This document shows, one piece after another, positions 1 to 12,690 of a stretch of 64,000 nt of DNA. Source of the DNA: Ramazzottius varieornatus (taxonomy: Eukaryota; Animalia; Tardigrada); contig BDGG01000001.1 of assembly GCA_001949185.1 (NCBI GenBank), positions 2,993,324 through 3,057,323 on the forward strand. Reading direction: 5' to 3'. The notes under the pieces are model-generated. The model was not told the origin of the DNA and made no database searches. It saw only the letters and a program-made list of their open reading frames with translations. The translations under genes and the position numbers were made by a program. How positions within the stretch are numbered: position 1 is the stretch's first letter; each line of letters opens with the position of its first letter.

Positions 1-330
1 GTCAATCATTTGGAAAACATTCCCTCAGCAAGTGATGTGCAACGTCGACACAAATTATTTGCTGAAACTTTGCTGCCTTCTGGCAATAAACTCAGGCTCA
101 TCACTCATTTTCGCTTACCGCTTTCTCTTTGGCAAAGCCCCATTGTTATTCGACATACCGGCAGCGGAAAGTGACACAAAGAACCGGACTTAATATTAAT
201 AAACTACCGGTGATACGTAGACCAGGGGGAGAATCGAACACATTCATCTCCAATACCACCAGGCTGTGCAAAAGTCAAAGCATTCAAACATGAAACATTC
301 TGTAGGTCCAACGAACAGCAGATGAAAACA

Positions 331-2230
331 TTACGGTTTTCTAACTTCTTTGTCCTCATTAGACAAATGGTCTAATATCGTTTTGGCTTCGGTCGGACTG
401 AAAGTCCATGCGATATTCTCCGAGTCGACGTGCGGGGCGGGACATCTGTAAACGATAAACACAGTCAATACACCGTCAAAACCAGTCTCATGACAGCGCT
501 AAGTGACTTCATGGCATCTCTGTCCCAATGTTTTGCGAATATGTTCCGAAAACGGAAGCCCGGCGGACAAACTCGACAAGGTTGTGTTTTCTAAGTGGCG
601 CACGTTTCCAGTGTTATTGGCGGTAACATGCGCCACTTGGGAATGATCTTGTCAAGTTTGCTGGCACGCAGTCCCAAATATTTCAAAAACACATACTTTT
701 ATTTCTTTTTCAGAGTCGAAAATCAGAGGTATGTTTCTGTCAATGTTTCTAACAAACCTTTCTCCGCTAGGACATGTTGCCGGCGAATCTGCGGTGGAGA
801 ACTTTACACAGTCTTTACAGCACCGGAAGCAGAATCTGTGTTCTTGGACACTAGGGCACTGTATGTAATTTGCGTTGTCGATAACTTTATGGCACAGCCT
901 GCATTTCACTGCAGCGGGTGGAGTTCGCGACGGCGGACTGGACAACTGCGGCCTGTCCACCCCGTTGTGTTGGGAGTCGTTAGAGCCACGCTTCGAGCCA
1001 TACGTTCCACGGGGCGGTATAGGCGAGTTGTTTCTTTGTTGTGCTTGTAAATGCTTTTGATGGGCGTTGGCTAATTCCGAAACCTGCGAGAGCAAGTTCA
1101 CATTTTAGGTCTGCATAAAGAGATAGAAACCAAATTAACATCCATTCCATCGTAAAAAACAATCCAGAATAAAAATGTGAAATTTCCGCGATAAAAGGTG
1201 TGAAAGATTTTGACTGAAATTTTGAACTCTTGAATGATCGACGGTTAGAATACCTGTGAGTGGACGGCTGCTGACATGGCGATAAGAGGGTTCTGTGTTA
1301 GTAGCAGTTCGCCATTGGCATTCGTATCTGCGTTATCTATCCTTAGAGCTTGTGGTAGATTCCCGTGCATGTGAACCAGTTCTTGTAGTTCTTTGTGCGG
1401 TGGTCTGGAAACTGCAGAGGAAGCAGGGTGAGGTGGTGGATGTTTGGACCACCGATTGCTGGATATCGTGGCGGGTAATGAGCCGCGTCGAGGACTGTGT
1501 TTGGGGGACGAAGCGGCGCCACCGCTCATTTGCATGGACAGGGCAGACGTCGAGAACTTCCCGTCATTGTGGAAGCGGTCGTTAGGGTGGTCGTGACTGG
1601 GTTCTTTGGGAGTGTACTCGGGGTGTCTAGGCTGGTGGGACGGCTTTGGTTCTGGTCTGCTGGGAACGACGAAGGCACCTTGTATGTCCCCTATTGTTAC
1701 AGGGGGAACGGCACGAGGCTCCGAGTTGAAATAGTAGGCTCGCTTCATCCGCCGTGTCTGCTCTGCGATTCCAAAAAGTACCGATCAGAAATCATTGAAA
1801 GAAGCCTAACCGACCACGAAATTCTCGGTTCTTGTTTGCATCAAAACTCCAAAGTTGGTCGTGCAGCATTCGGAGATATTGCTTTCGACGCTGCCTTTTT
1901 CCGAGGAAAATTCCTGTCCAGCACCAGCTGAACAGGCATTTCCGTCACGCAGTCTTTTCTTTTGAATTTTACTACCCACCGATCATCCATTCGATTCTTT
2001 CTGATCCTTCGTAATTGACGCACCTAACCGAAAATTTAGTCAGCGGGAGTTTTCAAAAAGGTGGAAAAAGCCGTGAGCTGTAGCTACCCTCTGCAGACAG
2101 GTTCGGTAAAATCCAAGATAATTGACCACGAGTGTTTCGGTGAGTCGCACAGAAAACAATAATGTCGCGCAGGTCGGTTTCCTGGCTCTTGTGGCCGCTT
2201 GGAGGATGAGGAAGAACTCAAGTGTGCCAT
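331..2230 (-). CDS. Interferon regulatory factor 2-binding protein-like (IRF2BP/IRF2BPL/Pits family), multi-exon
   Basis: Spliced N-terminal C4 zinc finger HYCFLCDSPKHSWSIILDFTEPVCRG|CVNYEGSERIEWMI. C-terminal RING CRLCHKVIDNANYIQCPSVQEHRFCFRC...CPSGE|RCP...IAWTF, matching the family pattern CPSGEKCP..VPWAF. Stop at 331-333. Confidence 0.9.
568..660. repeat. Intronic palindromic MITE-like element, family A copy 1 (IRF2BP last intron)
   Basis: caaactcgacaag...aagtggcgcacgtt-loop-aacatgcgccactt...cttgtcaagtttg; arms are reverse complements. Confidence 0.8.
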
Positions 2231-4681
2231 AATGTTTTTCGGGAATTCCGGACTGGCACAACTCATGATAAGCGAAGGACCAACATGAGGGAATCCAAGT
2301 TTGGAGTAATCTTCCCGAATTTATGAGTCGATTAGATTAAGACTCGATCAGGAGGAGGGCAACGGGAAACTTTTGAAGTACTGATACCGAAGTTTAGATA
2401 ACAGACAGCAATACAGGCGAGGCTGAAGGTATCGTTTCTGTTTAATTCAGCCAAGTACTGCACCGAAGAAGTTTGGCAAGATGAACGACAGCCGGAGGGT
2501 TCAGCGCGAGTGACGGAGGCAATCTATCGAGTATGTCTTCGATCGGGCCTGCAAAATAAGGCGAAAAAGTTGAGAGCGATAACAATCGAGCCGTTTTTTT
2601 GATGACGCGCTTTAAGGTGGAAATTCCAAACCAATGACTTCTTTAAGCGCGACGAAGGACTGTACCTTGGACGATCATTTATTAGCGCCGGAAGCGATAC
2701 AGTCTCGCGAACTGCTAGAGCTTTCAATCAACATGAACAATCTCTTTCTTGCAGGCATATGTAATGACATACCTTGCTATGCGTCGTCGATCGCTTACTC
2801 CAAGTTCATATATATAATGTACGAGATTGTCTTTATCGCGAGTTGACGATTACGGCATCGGCAACGGGGAGAAAGAAGTTGTTCCACCAGTTTGAGAGAA
2901 GGTCTTGATGAGTCGGCGCTGCTTACAGCTGATTCAGCGCTGAGCTAGTGGATTCCTCTTGGCATCAACACAAGGCGAACCCTGCAGAATGAAACGGAAC
3001 GACGAGAGTCGTATGTGTGATGCGGTTTCAAATATCAGACCTATACCACTGAATCAGGCATATATCTAGCAAACGTAAATAACGTTCTTACCTTAGATAG
3101 CTCGTATCCCTCTCTTGGTACTGAAGTCTTCCTAATCGTATTCGTAGGTACCTGAAAGCGATAAATCCGACCAAGATACGTGATAAGATTGAGATAATGC
3201 AGGCTATCAAACAAGGCACTCGAGGCACATGGATAGAACTGGAGGCGCGAAGATCCCGTGGAGCAGCGCGAAAGATAAGATGTCCGAGGTGTGAAGAAAA
3301 GGACTGCAGAGGGGGGAATCTGGGAACAGCAGATGAGAAAACTGGGAAAGCAGGGAACCGGAAGTTGGGCAGCTTGCGAGTCACATGACACAAACGCGAC
3401 ATTGCGATTCGCTCTGCGGCTGTAGAGTATGCAGAGCTGCGAAAGTAAAAACCCTTCGCTTGATTGTTCGGGCAAAGCGCAAACCGCCCTTTTCGGCAAA
3501 GCGCAAAAGGACTCTGTCGAGTCTTGCTGTTTGTCATTCTTTCCAGCCTCGTCGAACGCTAGGACTTCGGGAAGGAACTGTCGGCAGGCTGCCGATCGAG
3601 CTTTCGTACTGAGACCCTGGACGATACCGACCCACCATCGTGCGCTGTAATTGGATTCGCCGACGTCGCGCCATGTGGACATCCAGAAAGTAGCCGGACA
3701 AGTCAAATCGTCGTCGGAAGATGCTGAATTTTTGGCAGTCGGACCTTTGGACTTCACATGACCCACACAGTTGATTCTTAACTTTCCGAACCTTATCTAA
3801 TTTCATTTTCAATAGGGTACGATCGCCTACGATGAGCTAGTTGTTAAGTGCTGTAACCTTACTCGCTTTCCCGTGCCAACTACGTATTCACATTATACAA
3901 AACGGCGTGTTGACCTCTACAGCAGAATGTTCTTTCCATTTGAGTAATCTTTGCAGCAAATCACGCACCATTATGAGTTCATTAAAGATTGACAGGTATC
4001 CTAGGTGACGTTGACTGAGCATTTGGGGAGCAAACGACAACAGCGATAATCCCTTCTCCCATCAAACTTTCCAGCGGGAGGCGAGTCGACACAAAGCTGC
4101 CGTCATGCATGCAGGTGATCGACATGCGTCGGGATACCTGGACGTCTGCGTGACGCCTCGGTCCCGAAGATGCTGCAACGAACTTCCTGGAGTGGGATTT
4201 AGCCTTTGTATCTACCGTCAAACGCGCCGGGCTGGGCGATACACTGACAAAGCGGTCGAAAGTAAGTTAATTATGCAGAGTGTTCAATCTTCAGCCTAAC
4301 GGAATGTGATTACAGGTAAACGCTACTGCTCGTGCCGATTTGTCAATATCCTTCTCGGCATTAGCTGTGACCGATGCGTTTTGCTGTTTTGTGAGATCGA
4401 CCGGAAACTGGCAGCTTTCCATGGCGTGATCATAGTGACCTTTTTTTCCATTATAGCTTTCCACGAACTCCAACCGTCTTCCAGCCTCCCTGATACAGTA
4501 CCGTTCAACCTGACGATAAAGTGATTTCACGTACATGCGAACGATTTTCCGTCAGTCATCCGTCTTCACGTCGAGGAACTTTGCTCTGGCCCCGGACATG
4601 TCTTAGAGGTTTTTTCGAGCGTCCGTTGGGACACATTCCAGTCTACCGGTAATATGAATGCCAATTGTGCGTGAAGAAAAA

Positions 4682-7600
4682 ATGGTCAGGTTGAGGATAC
4701 TTCCTTGTTTCTTCATCACGGGGTTTACCTCTATGGTGAGGTTCGCCGTGTCCGACCCGATCAAAATCCGAGCGGGAGTGATCCTAACGGAGAACTCGAC
4801 GTTAGCCTATGACATGCGGAATGTACGGCCGGCGCTGGAAGTTGGCTACGCCACAGCTCTGGCCGATCATAACGTCCAGTACGAGACCATCTGGATTTCT
4901 TACGACCATGTTTGCCGGCAGTGGAACGCTCTCGGATACGCTACTATTCTAGCCCTGGTAGGTCAGATTTTTCGCTTTCAGGATGATTTGTGGAGCAATG
5001 TTGGGATTTTTCGTAGGTAGACAAAGTTGACGTGATCATCGGACCAGGATGTAGCGACGACTTGATTATCGTTTCCGAACTCACGAGCTTCTTCGCTGTT
5101 CCCATGTTAAGTGGCGCAGGTAAACATATCGAGACCCACAAGGAATCCAACGTTATTTGGCAAAGAAATTCATACTATGTGGATACCAAATACTTTTTAC
5201 AGGGGAACTGATTGATACGTAAGTTTCTGATGCTTATTGCCTCAGCTTCATTCGAGAAGTCGTTTGTGCGTGACAACATGATTACAGCAGCAAAACTGAT
5301 ACTCACAATTTATGTTTTTTCAGCACATTCATGTATCCCTATCTGATACGGTTTTCCTTCAACACGTATTCCTTATGGCGTATCTTCCTGCAAATGATGG
5401 ACTTCTACAAGTGGACCAACCTCGTGTTGATTCGAGATTGTTGCGACTTTCCGAAGAACACCACGACCCGAGGTACAGTGAACAGGCAACTCGGTCATAT
5501 TTTCACCGAATTTGACTCGGGGAAAAGAACTGACGGACGTGGCATCCTTCGCGTGCTATACAAGCAGTTCGCCTAATTATCGGCCGGGAAAAATGATCGA
5601 CCACTGGCCGAAAGCGGTAGTACCAGCTGAAGCTGAGCGATCAAACTAATCAACCTAATCCAGGCACTGCCGCTCTCGGCCGGTGGCCGGTGATTTTGTC
5701 CCGGCCGATAATTCAGGAAACTGCGTGTACCAAGTTAAGTTTGATTACTATATGCACGAAGGTCACGCCAGATGAATTAACGTTTTTCCTCTCTTTCAAT
5801 GTGACACGGGATTCCATGGTCCGCTCGCTTCAAGTAACTGGGTAGTACGAATTGAGCAGCACGAATTTGGCGGTAGAATGAATGAAGGATCGGTGGAGTA
5901 CGGCACGATCCCCGCTAATGGATCTCGTAATAGACGGATTGGGCTGGATGTCTTTTGAATTGGTCGATACTGAAACCTTTCACGTTCACGAAAATTTGCT
6001 AAATCTACTGTTTCTGCGCAGGACTCATCAACATTTTGGCGGATCGGAACATCGAGCCATACGAGGTCAAGTTTAAGGCAGGATCAGTCAGCAACACATC
6101 AACCATAGTAGCGTACCTGAAGGAAGCTTCGAAATACGGGCGAAGTAAATTCTTTATTCTGACGACTGTCGCACGCATGCCGAATAGTGTTTCTACAACC
6201 GTTCGGTCAAGTGATTACTAAATTCCACATTTCATGCTTTTCAGTTTTCATTTTATCGATGAACTCGCCGTTGCTGCGAAAGTTTATGATCCAAGCGAGT
6301 CGCTTGAAAATGTGCGAAGGAGAGTACGCCTTTTTCGCCCTCGATCTTTACATGGATGACATAATTGGTATTGGCAAGAATGGATGGGAACAACGTGAGA
6401 AATTTTGGTTCGGTATTCAACCACACCTTAACGATTCGCGGTGAAACTATAAGTTGCGTTATTTGAATTCAGATGATGAGTTCGATGACGAGGCCAGGCA
6501 CGCGTACATGTCACTGTTCATCCTAACCCTGATGGACAAGCGCCCTCTGCCCGCGTACCAAAAGTTCGAGAAGGACGTGCGCGAACTAGCGGTCAAGTAT
6601 TATCCCAACCAGAAAATCGACATCAACTACCACACTGGCGCTTTCCACGATTCTGTCATCATGTTTGCCGTCAATGCTAACATGACGGTTTCCGAAGGAC
6701 TCAACATTAGCCAAGCGAACATCATTTCCCTCACTCAGAGATTTTGGGGAGTTGTGTTCGAAGGTACGAGGATACTCCCAAAAAGACCACAGAGAAACAT
6801 CATTCCAATCTCCGAGTGGATTTTATTTTTCACAGGTGGCGCCAGTGGTCGGGTCTACATAGATCCATACGGTGACAGGTCCGACGATCACTCCTTGTAC
6901 CATATGAATAATGAAAACGACGCGGAGTTTGTATTGGTGGCAAACTACTTCGGGTATCGGAAACAGTACGAGGAAGTGTCGAATATAACATGGCCGGGAC
7001 CAAACAGCACAGCACCTTTGAATCGACCTGTCTGTGGGTACCAACGCGAAGACCCATCTTGCCAACCAAAGTGTGAGTTATCCACCCGAAGTCAACTGAA
7101 CCAACTTGTTATCCCAAGCGGCGCATGATAGTTGCTATTGGCTGAAATCGTGCGCCGCATGGGAAAACGATTTGGTTCCAATCGAATAGGGAATACTCCC
7201 AACTATCTTTTTATGTACGGTCGAACTTTTTTATAGATCGTCCGATAACCGAGATCACTATTGGCATCTCTTTTGGTATCCTGGTCCTCGTCGGTGTCGT
7301 CGGTATGTTCGTTTACCGTAAGATCAAGGAAGACGCCGCGCTGTCTTCCATGGACTGGTTAGCGACGTGGGACGAGGTCTTGTTTACGAAGAACCCTACC
7401 GGTGAATCGAGAACCTCGCTAACTACAAGCAACACTCGAGCCAGTACACCCGATCATTTGACGAGTGCTATACCGGGAGTGAAGTTTGCCGTTTATCCCG
7501 GGAAAGAACCGTCGACGGTATCGACTACCACTACTGAGCTTCGCACAGTCTCAGCAATCTTTCGTGGGAACTCCGTGCTGGTGCGCGAGTGCGATAAACA

Positions 7601-9889
7601 CAAGATCGAACTCAATCACCACCTTTTGGTCGAAGTGAAGAATGTGCGGGTTACTAATCATGAAAATCTCCTTCGATTTGTGGGAGCAATCATCGGCCCG
7701 GAAAAGACTGCCGTATTGAACGAGATGTGCTCGAAAGGGAATTTACAAGTAAGGTGGCTCTATGACGTAAATATCCATTTCAATAAGGAGAGAGGTTCTA
7801 GAATAATCAGTTTCAATTCATTCGACTTTTGGTTATCGATTCGGATATGTAGAATTTGCTGCTAAACGATGCCATAAAGCTGGACGCCCTGTTTAAAAAC
7901 TCCCTGATCAACGACACGATAAAGGGAATGGTGTACCTTCATGACTCGGCGATTGGTGTTCACCGCCGACTGACTTCGCGTTGCTGCTGGATAGACAGTC
8001 GTTTCGTCCTGAAGATCGGAGACTATGGACTGCCCACCTTTTATGAGAGGTCGATTGGGTTAAAGGCGGATAACTACTACTATACGTTGCTGTTGTGGAC
8101 AGCTCCGGAAGTACTGCAGGATGCTTCCGAGGGGTCGCAGGAAGCGGATGTCTACAGGTGCATTTCTCGTACCGTTGAAAAAAATCAACCTGGTTAAAAC
8201 GTGTGTAATCTTTCTAGCTTTGGGATTATTCTGCAAGAGATCATTACGCGCGAAGAGCCTTTTTCCATGCACCATCTCAGTGCAGAAGGTACGCGTGATG
8301 AAGATGAAAACCAAAAGAAACTTCGAATTTTTTCTGTATTGCAGAAATAATAAGGCGCATTCTGAAAGAGCAAGATCCGCCTTTTCGGCCAAAAGTTGGC
8401 GAAACTGAAGGGCCAGGGGAGCTTCTCAAGTTGATGAGAAGGTGGGTAAATGAAATAGGTCCTGGGTGGCGGCTTGGTGTTAACCTTCCTCAAATACTGC
8501 AGATGCTGGTCCCAGTCACCGGCAGACCGTCCACGCTTTACCGAAATTCGTGCTGTGATGAGAGAGATGTCAAAGTAAGTAAACACAGTAACAGTAAAAG
8601 CGCCGCACGATTTGGTTCTGGGTCAAACGAGAGGCCAAACGGTTTGCGTTATTAGGAACGATGGTCAGCAAGGCAACATTATGGATGCCTTGCTGCAGCG
8701 GATGGAAGCTTACGCCCAAAATCTTGAGAGTATAGGTAAGCCGAGCCGACCATCGATGCAGTTTTCACCCAGTTTGGTATAAATTTTACCGTAGTCGAGG
8801 AAAAAACGCAGGCCTTCCTGGAGGAGAAACGAAAAAGTGATCAGCTTCTGAATCAGCTTCTTCCACGGTAGGAAATCAGACCTCTCACCCATTCATTGTC
8901 CTTGCACTCGAAACTCTGTGACTAACGCTTTCTACACAGGACCGTCGCCGAACAGCTGAAAAAAGGACAGGGTGTCCACCCGGAGACCTACGAAAGCGTT
9001 ACAGTTTATTTTTCTGATATCGTGGGGTTCACAGCGCTGTCTTCTGGTGCGTATCAAGCGAATTCTCCTCCGACTGGCTCGTAAATATTGAGTGAATAGT
9101 GACCTCGGCCAAATAAAATATTTTGTAGAGAGCTCTCCTATGCAAATCGTGGACCTATTGAACGACCTGTGAGTACTCATGCGTGCCCGCTTCGAATCAA
9201 ATGTTCAACTTCTTACAGTTAACTACTTTGCAGCTACACCTGCTTTGATAATATCATTCTGCGACACGATGTGTACAAAGTTGAGACGATCGGAGATAGT
9301 TACATGGTAGGCGATAAATCGTCTGATTTACCGGGAAACCCGCCTGTCCTTTACCGATCCCGTTTTAGTGTGTATCAGGCCTACCGATCAGAAACGGTAT
9401 CGCACACGCTCTACATATCGCCCGTATGGCTCTGATGTTGCTCCTCGAAGTCAAAACCTTCAAGATCCGCCATCGACCTGAGGAAAAATTGAAACTTCGC
9501 ATCGGAATGCACTCAGGTATGAGCTAGATTTTCCCGGAATGTCACAGTCAAACATTTTCTCAACAATTATTATTTGAAGGACCATGTGCAGCTGGTGTTG
9601 TCGGACTCACTATGCCACGCTACTGCCTGTAAGTTCGTCATCTGGTTCTGTACAGGTGTGGCCAATTTTTCTGGGAGTGTTCATCTGTGTCCTTATGTCT
9701 AGTTTTGGCGATACCGTGAACACAGCCAGCAGAATGGAATCGACGGGAGAAGCACTAAAGATACAGCTGTCAACAGACACGAAGAAGCTTCTTGACACTT
9801 TCGAGACCTTTATTATGGAGGAAAGAGGAGCCACTACCGTTAAAGGGAAAGGACAAGTCACGACCTATTGGTTGATGGGAGAAAAGTGA
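4682..9889 (+). CDS. Receptor-type (natriuretic-peptide-receptor-like) guanylyl cyclase, multi-exon
   Basis: Signal peptide, ANF-receptor ectodomain (VIIGPGCS; [10 protein letters not shown]; [14 protein letters not shown]), TM helix at ~7255-7315, kinase-homology domain ([10 protein letters not shown]; [13 protein letters not shown]; LWTAPE), catalytic domain ([57 protein letters not shown]). The E and C specificity residues indicate GTP use. An alternative ATG lies at 4658. Confidence 0.95.
5559..5730. repeat. Intronic inverted repeat (MITE-like) in a guanylyl cyclase intron
   Basis: aattatcggccgggaaaaatgatcgaccactggccgaaagcggtagtacc versus downstream ggcactgccgctctcggccggtggccggtgattttgtcccggccgataatt. 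Confidence 0.75.
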
Positions 9890-10188
9890 GAGCTTTATCC
9901 AAGACTTCCGATTTCAGCGGGAAGGATCCAACAAGTCTGAGATCTCGAAACCGTTTGCTTGCGGTCCGACAGTGAAAAGTATTATTTGCTCGATCTGTAT
10001 TCCACTAAACATCTGTCCATCCAGGATGCTATGTACAGTACAAGAAAACCACGTAGACCGAAGGCCATCTAAGAACACTTAAAACAGTTCCGTCAGGCAG
10101 GAGGCTGAGTTCGATGGAACAGTTGCATGATTCCCAGGGCTGACTAACAAGTAACGGCTTACGGGTTAATGGAGAGCCGAAGAGTCCC

Positions 10189-10677
10189 TCAGTGAGTCTC
10201 AATGGAAGAGAACACTGTGCGTAGCACATCAGCACACTTTAGATTGTCACCCTTCGTCCGTCGCCAGCCAAGAGCAGCGCAGTACCAGTAAAAAGACCCC
10301 AGAGTCTTTCGCTTCTTGGGTTCGACGATTCTCACGGGCTGCGTCGGCTTGCCATATGGCAACCCCGTAAAGCGTCGAGCTCTTGGATCAAAGGTACTTC
10401 GTGACGATAATGCTACCACGAAAAGAAAAGTGGTCTTTCGATACCGCAAAGGATAACTTTGATAAGTGAACAAACCTGTCTTCGAGTTTTCCCTCCATCG
10501 ATCCCGGTTCACCGCGTAAACGTATGCCTCGGTTAGTCCGCCTATTGATGTAATCGGTGTTCCATAGCGAGCCGGAGCCGATGAAGTTTGGGCAGGCCCG
10601 TGAATAAAGCTGGCAGGATACATAGCCACTATTCGGCTCACCGCCAGCGAGAGTATTAAAGTTGGCCGAAACATCAT
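10189..10677 (-). CDS. Possible small secreted orphan protein (162 aa)
   Basis: Single ORF with a signal-peptide-like N-terminus (MMFRPTLILSLAVSRIVAM); no recognisable domain. Confidence 0.2.
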   Translation of the reverse strand: MMFRPTLILSLAVSRIVAMYPASFIHGPAQTSSAPARYGTPITSIGGLTEAYVYAVNRDRWRENSKTGLFTYQSYPLRYRKTTFLFVVALSSRSTFDPRARRFTGLPYGKPTQPVRIVEPKKRKTLGSFYWYCAALGWRRTKGDNLKCADVLRTVFSSIETH

Positions 10678-12690
10678 TGAGATGCAAGTAACAGAAATGT
10701 ACCGAAGATATTTAGTATGGCGTCTCTATTACATGCGCCCGAAACCTGGGAAATCTGGACGTACCTGCTTTCTATCAGCCCTATCCGGGTGCTTGCAGTC
10801 CGCGATGGAATCGCTTCAGCTGCAACGTAATGAGGCACAGCGAAGCAAAGACGACAGGCGCATGTAGAACGGAAGTTCACCGGATACTTCAAGGCTCCTT
10901 ATCCCCGTGCCCTTCCGCGTCTTCTCAGGTTCTTCAGTCATGGTCATATAGATCATCAAGTTCAACACCACTGCCTACGTCATTGCGGAAAAGTCGCTCG
11001 TCGTGGGTCGTCTAGGACGTACGTGCCTCCCTTCTTCGGGCGTAGGTACATTGAGAAGATGCAAGGACATGCTGCGTTTATGGTACGTCACATACCAACC
11101 GGAATGATCCTCAAGACGGTGGATATCAATTGATACAACGCCACGTTGTGGATAGGATTTCCATTTGCTTTCTTCACCGCGTCTTTCGGCTTCCGGGTCG
11201 ACAGAATGATGTTAATGAACAATATGACACAGAAAATGCGTGGTAATTTTGGCTACGTTTGCGGAAGTTCGTCGGTTCATCTCAAATTCACTTTGCTCTA
11301 ATTCAAAACCAAAGTAACTGCAGTCGAAGTCTTCTGTATGATTAGTCACAGAGTGTCACACAGTTCATTCGTTGTTAATAGAAACGAAGGACTTCGGCTT
11401 TTTGCGCCAAGAAGAAGCGGATGTGAACATGAGTTGGGTAAACACAATTATCGGACAAACAATAAGAATATGAAAAACGACAAGTCATTAAGGCTATGAA
11501 TTATACAAAGTTCGTTAACAAATTCCGGTTTCCGAGAACGAAGATTTGTGCCATCGCACGTTTTCAGCGATAACGAAAACCGTATCCGTATCATAACTAT
11601 ACCAATGGATATATCAGAATAACCTTCGAAGAACCGGTCCTTCTCGCATGCTGTGGAGACCTTCTGTTCTTCAGAAAACTACTTAAGCCGAGAATTGCTC
11701 ATCTGAACTACTATGAATATTTGCTGATCAACTTACCAACTTTGTTTGAATCTGCTTTCGATTTTTGACGGCTCACCGAAAACGAACTGGCTTTCTCCTT
11801 CTTTCCTTATCGTCCTGGTTCTCAGCTTAGTGGCGGTGCTCGGTAAGCGGTTTATGAAAACCTTTTTAGTATGCTAGATATTGTTCTGCGGAATGGTCGG
11901 TTGACGTTTGTCTTTTTTAGGGTCCGTGGGCGCTTACAGACCTCCAGAACAGACTATTATTATAAGAACTATCCCGTAGTATATGGCGGATACAGAGGAT
12001 ACTTCTGAAAACATCGCTGATTCGACATGAGCCTGTCCAGATTTTAACTTACCTATTTTTGGGAATATACTGTAGATTTTCTAGATATAGAGCGCCAATT
12101 GATCATACAGGTCGTTTTAGACCTAATAAGAACTCGCTTCACAGATGTACCTCTACAGAGCTTGCTACCTGTACATTATGTCTGCATTTCTGTTTGCGTT
12201 ATTCCATTAGAATCTGGGTAATACTTATCCTGCATTCGCGATGCCAAAGTTTGGCAATGCCTTTACGAATTTCTAAAGAATTTATCCCGCTGCTGTGCAC
12301 TGCGGTTGGTCTAGCCTCCCACCGGAAGTTGCGCCACCTGTAGGGAATCTTCGAGTTTGACATGTCGTAGTGACCAATGTCATGTAATGTGACTGGCATT
12401 GTAAGATGGTGATGTCATAGGTTCGTAAGGGCTCATCCTGTCAGATTTCTCATTTCAGTCTATCTGCTGTCTGCATAGCTTCTCCCTGTTTGTCTATCCC
12501 TTTCCCGTTTTTCATTCACCACTAGAAAGAAGATGGCAGAATACGAGGATCATCAGATCTACTCATAAGCTTATTGTTTCATTATCTTACTTATTCGTCG
12601 CGATCATGCAGTGGGCCCGGAAGATATTCTGTAATATTTACCAATGTTCATCTTGAAAGTTCTGAAGGCAGCAACAACCCACAGTCCGCC

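Noticed and set aside
2850-4600. ORFs of 241, 149 and 81 aa between IRF2BP and the guanylyl cyclase
   Set aside because: No recognisable domain and no consistent spliced model; may be decayed coding or transposon sequence
7950-8030. Degenerate kinase catalytic loop (HRRLTS)
   Set aside because: Normal for the pseudokinase domain of receptor guanylyl cyclases
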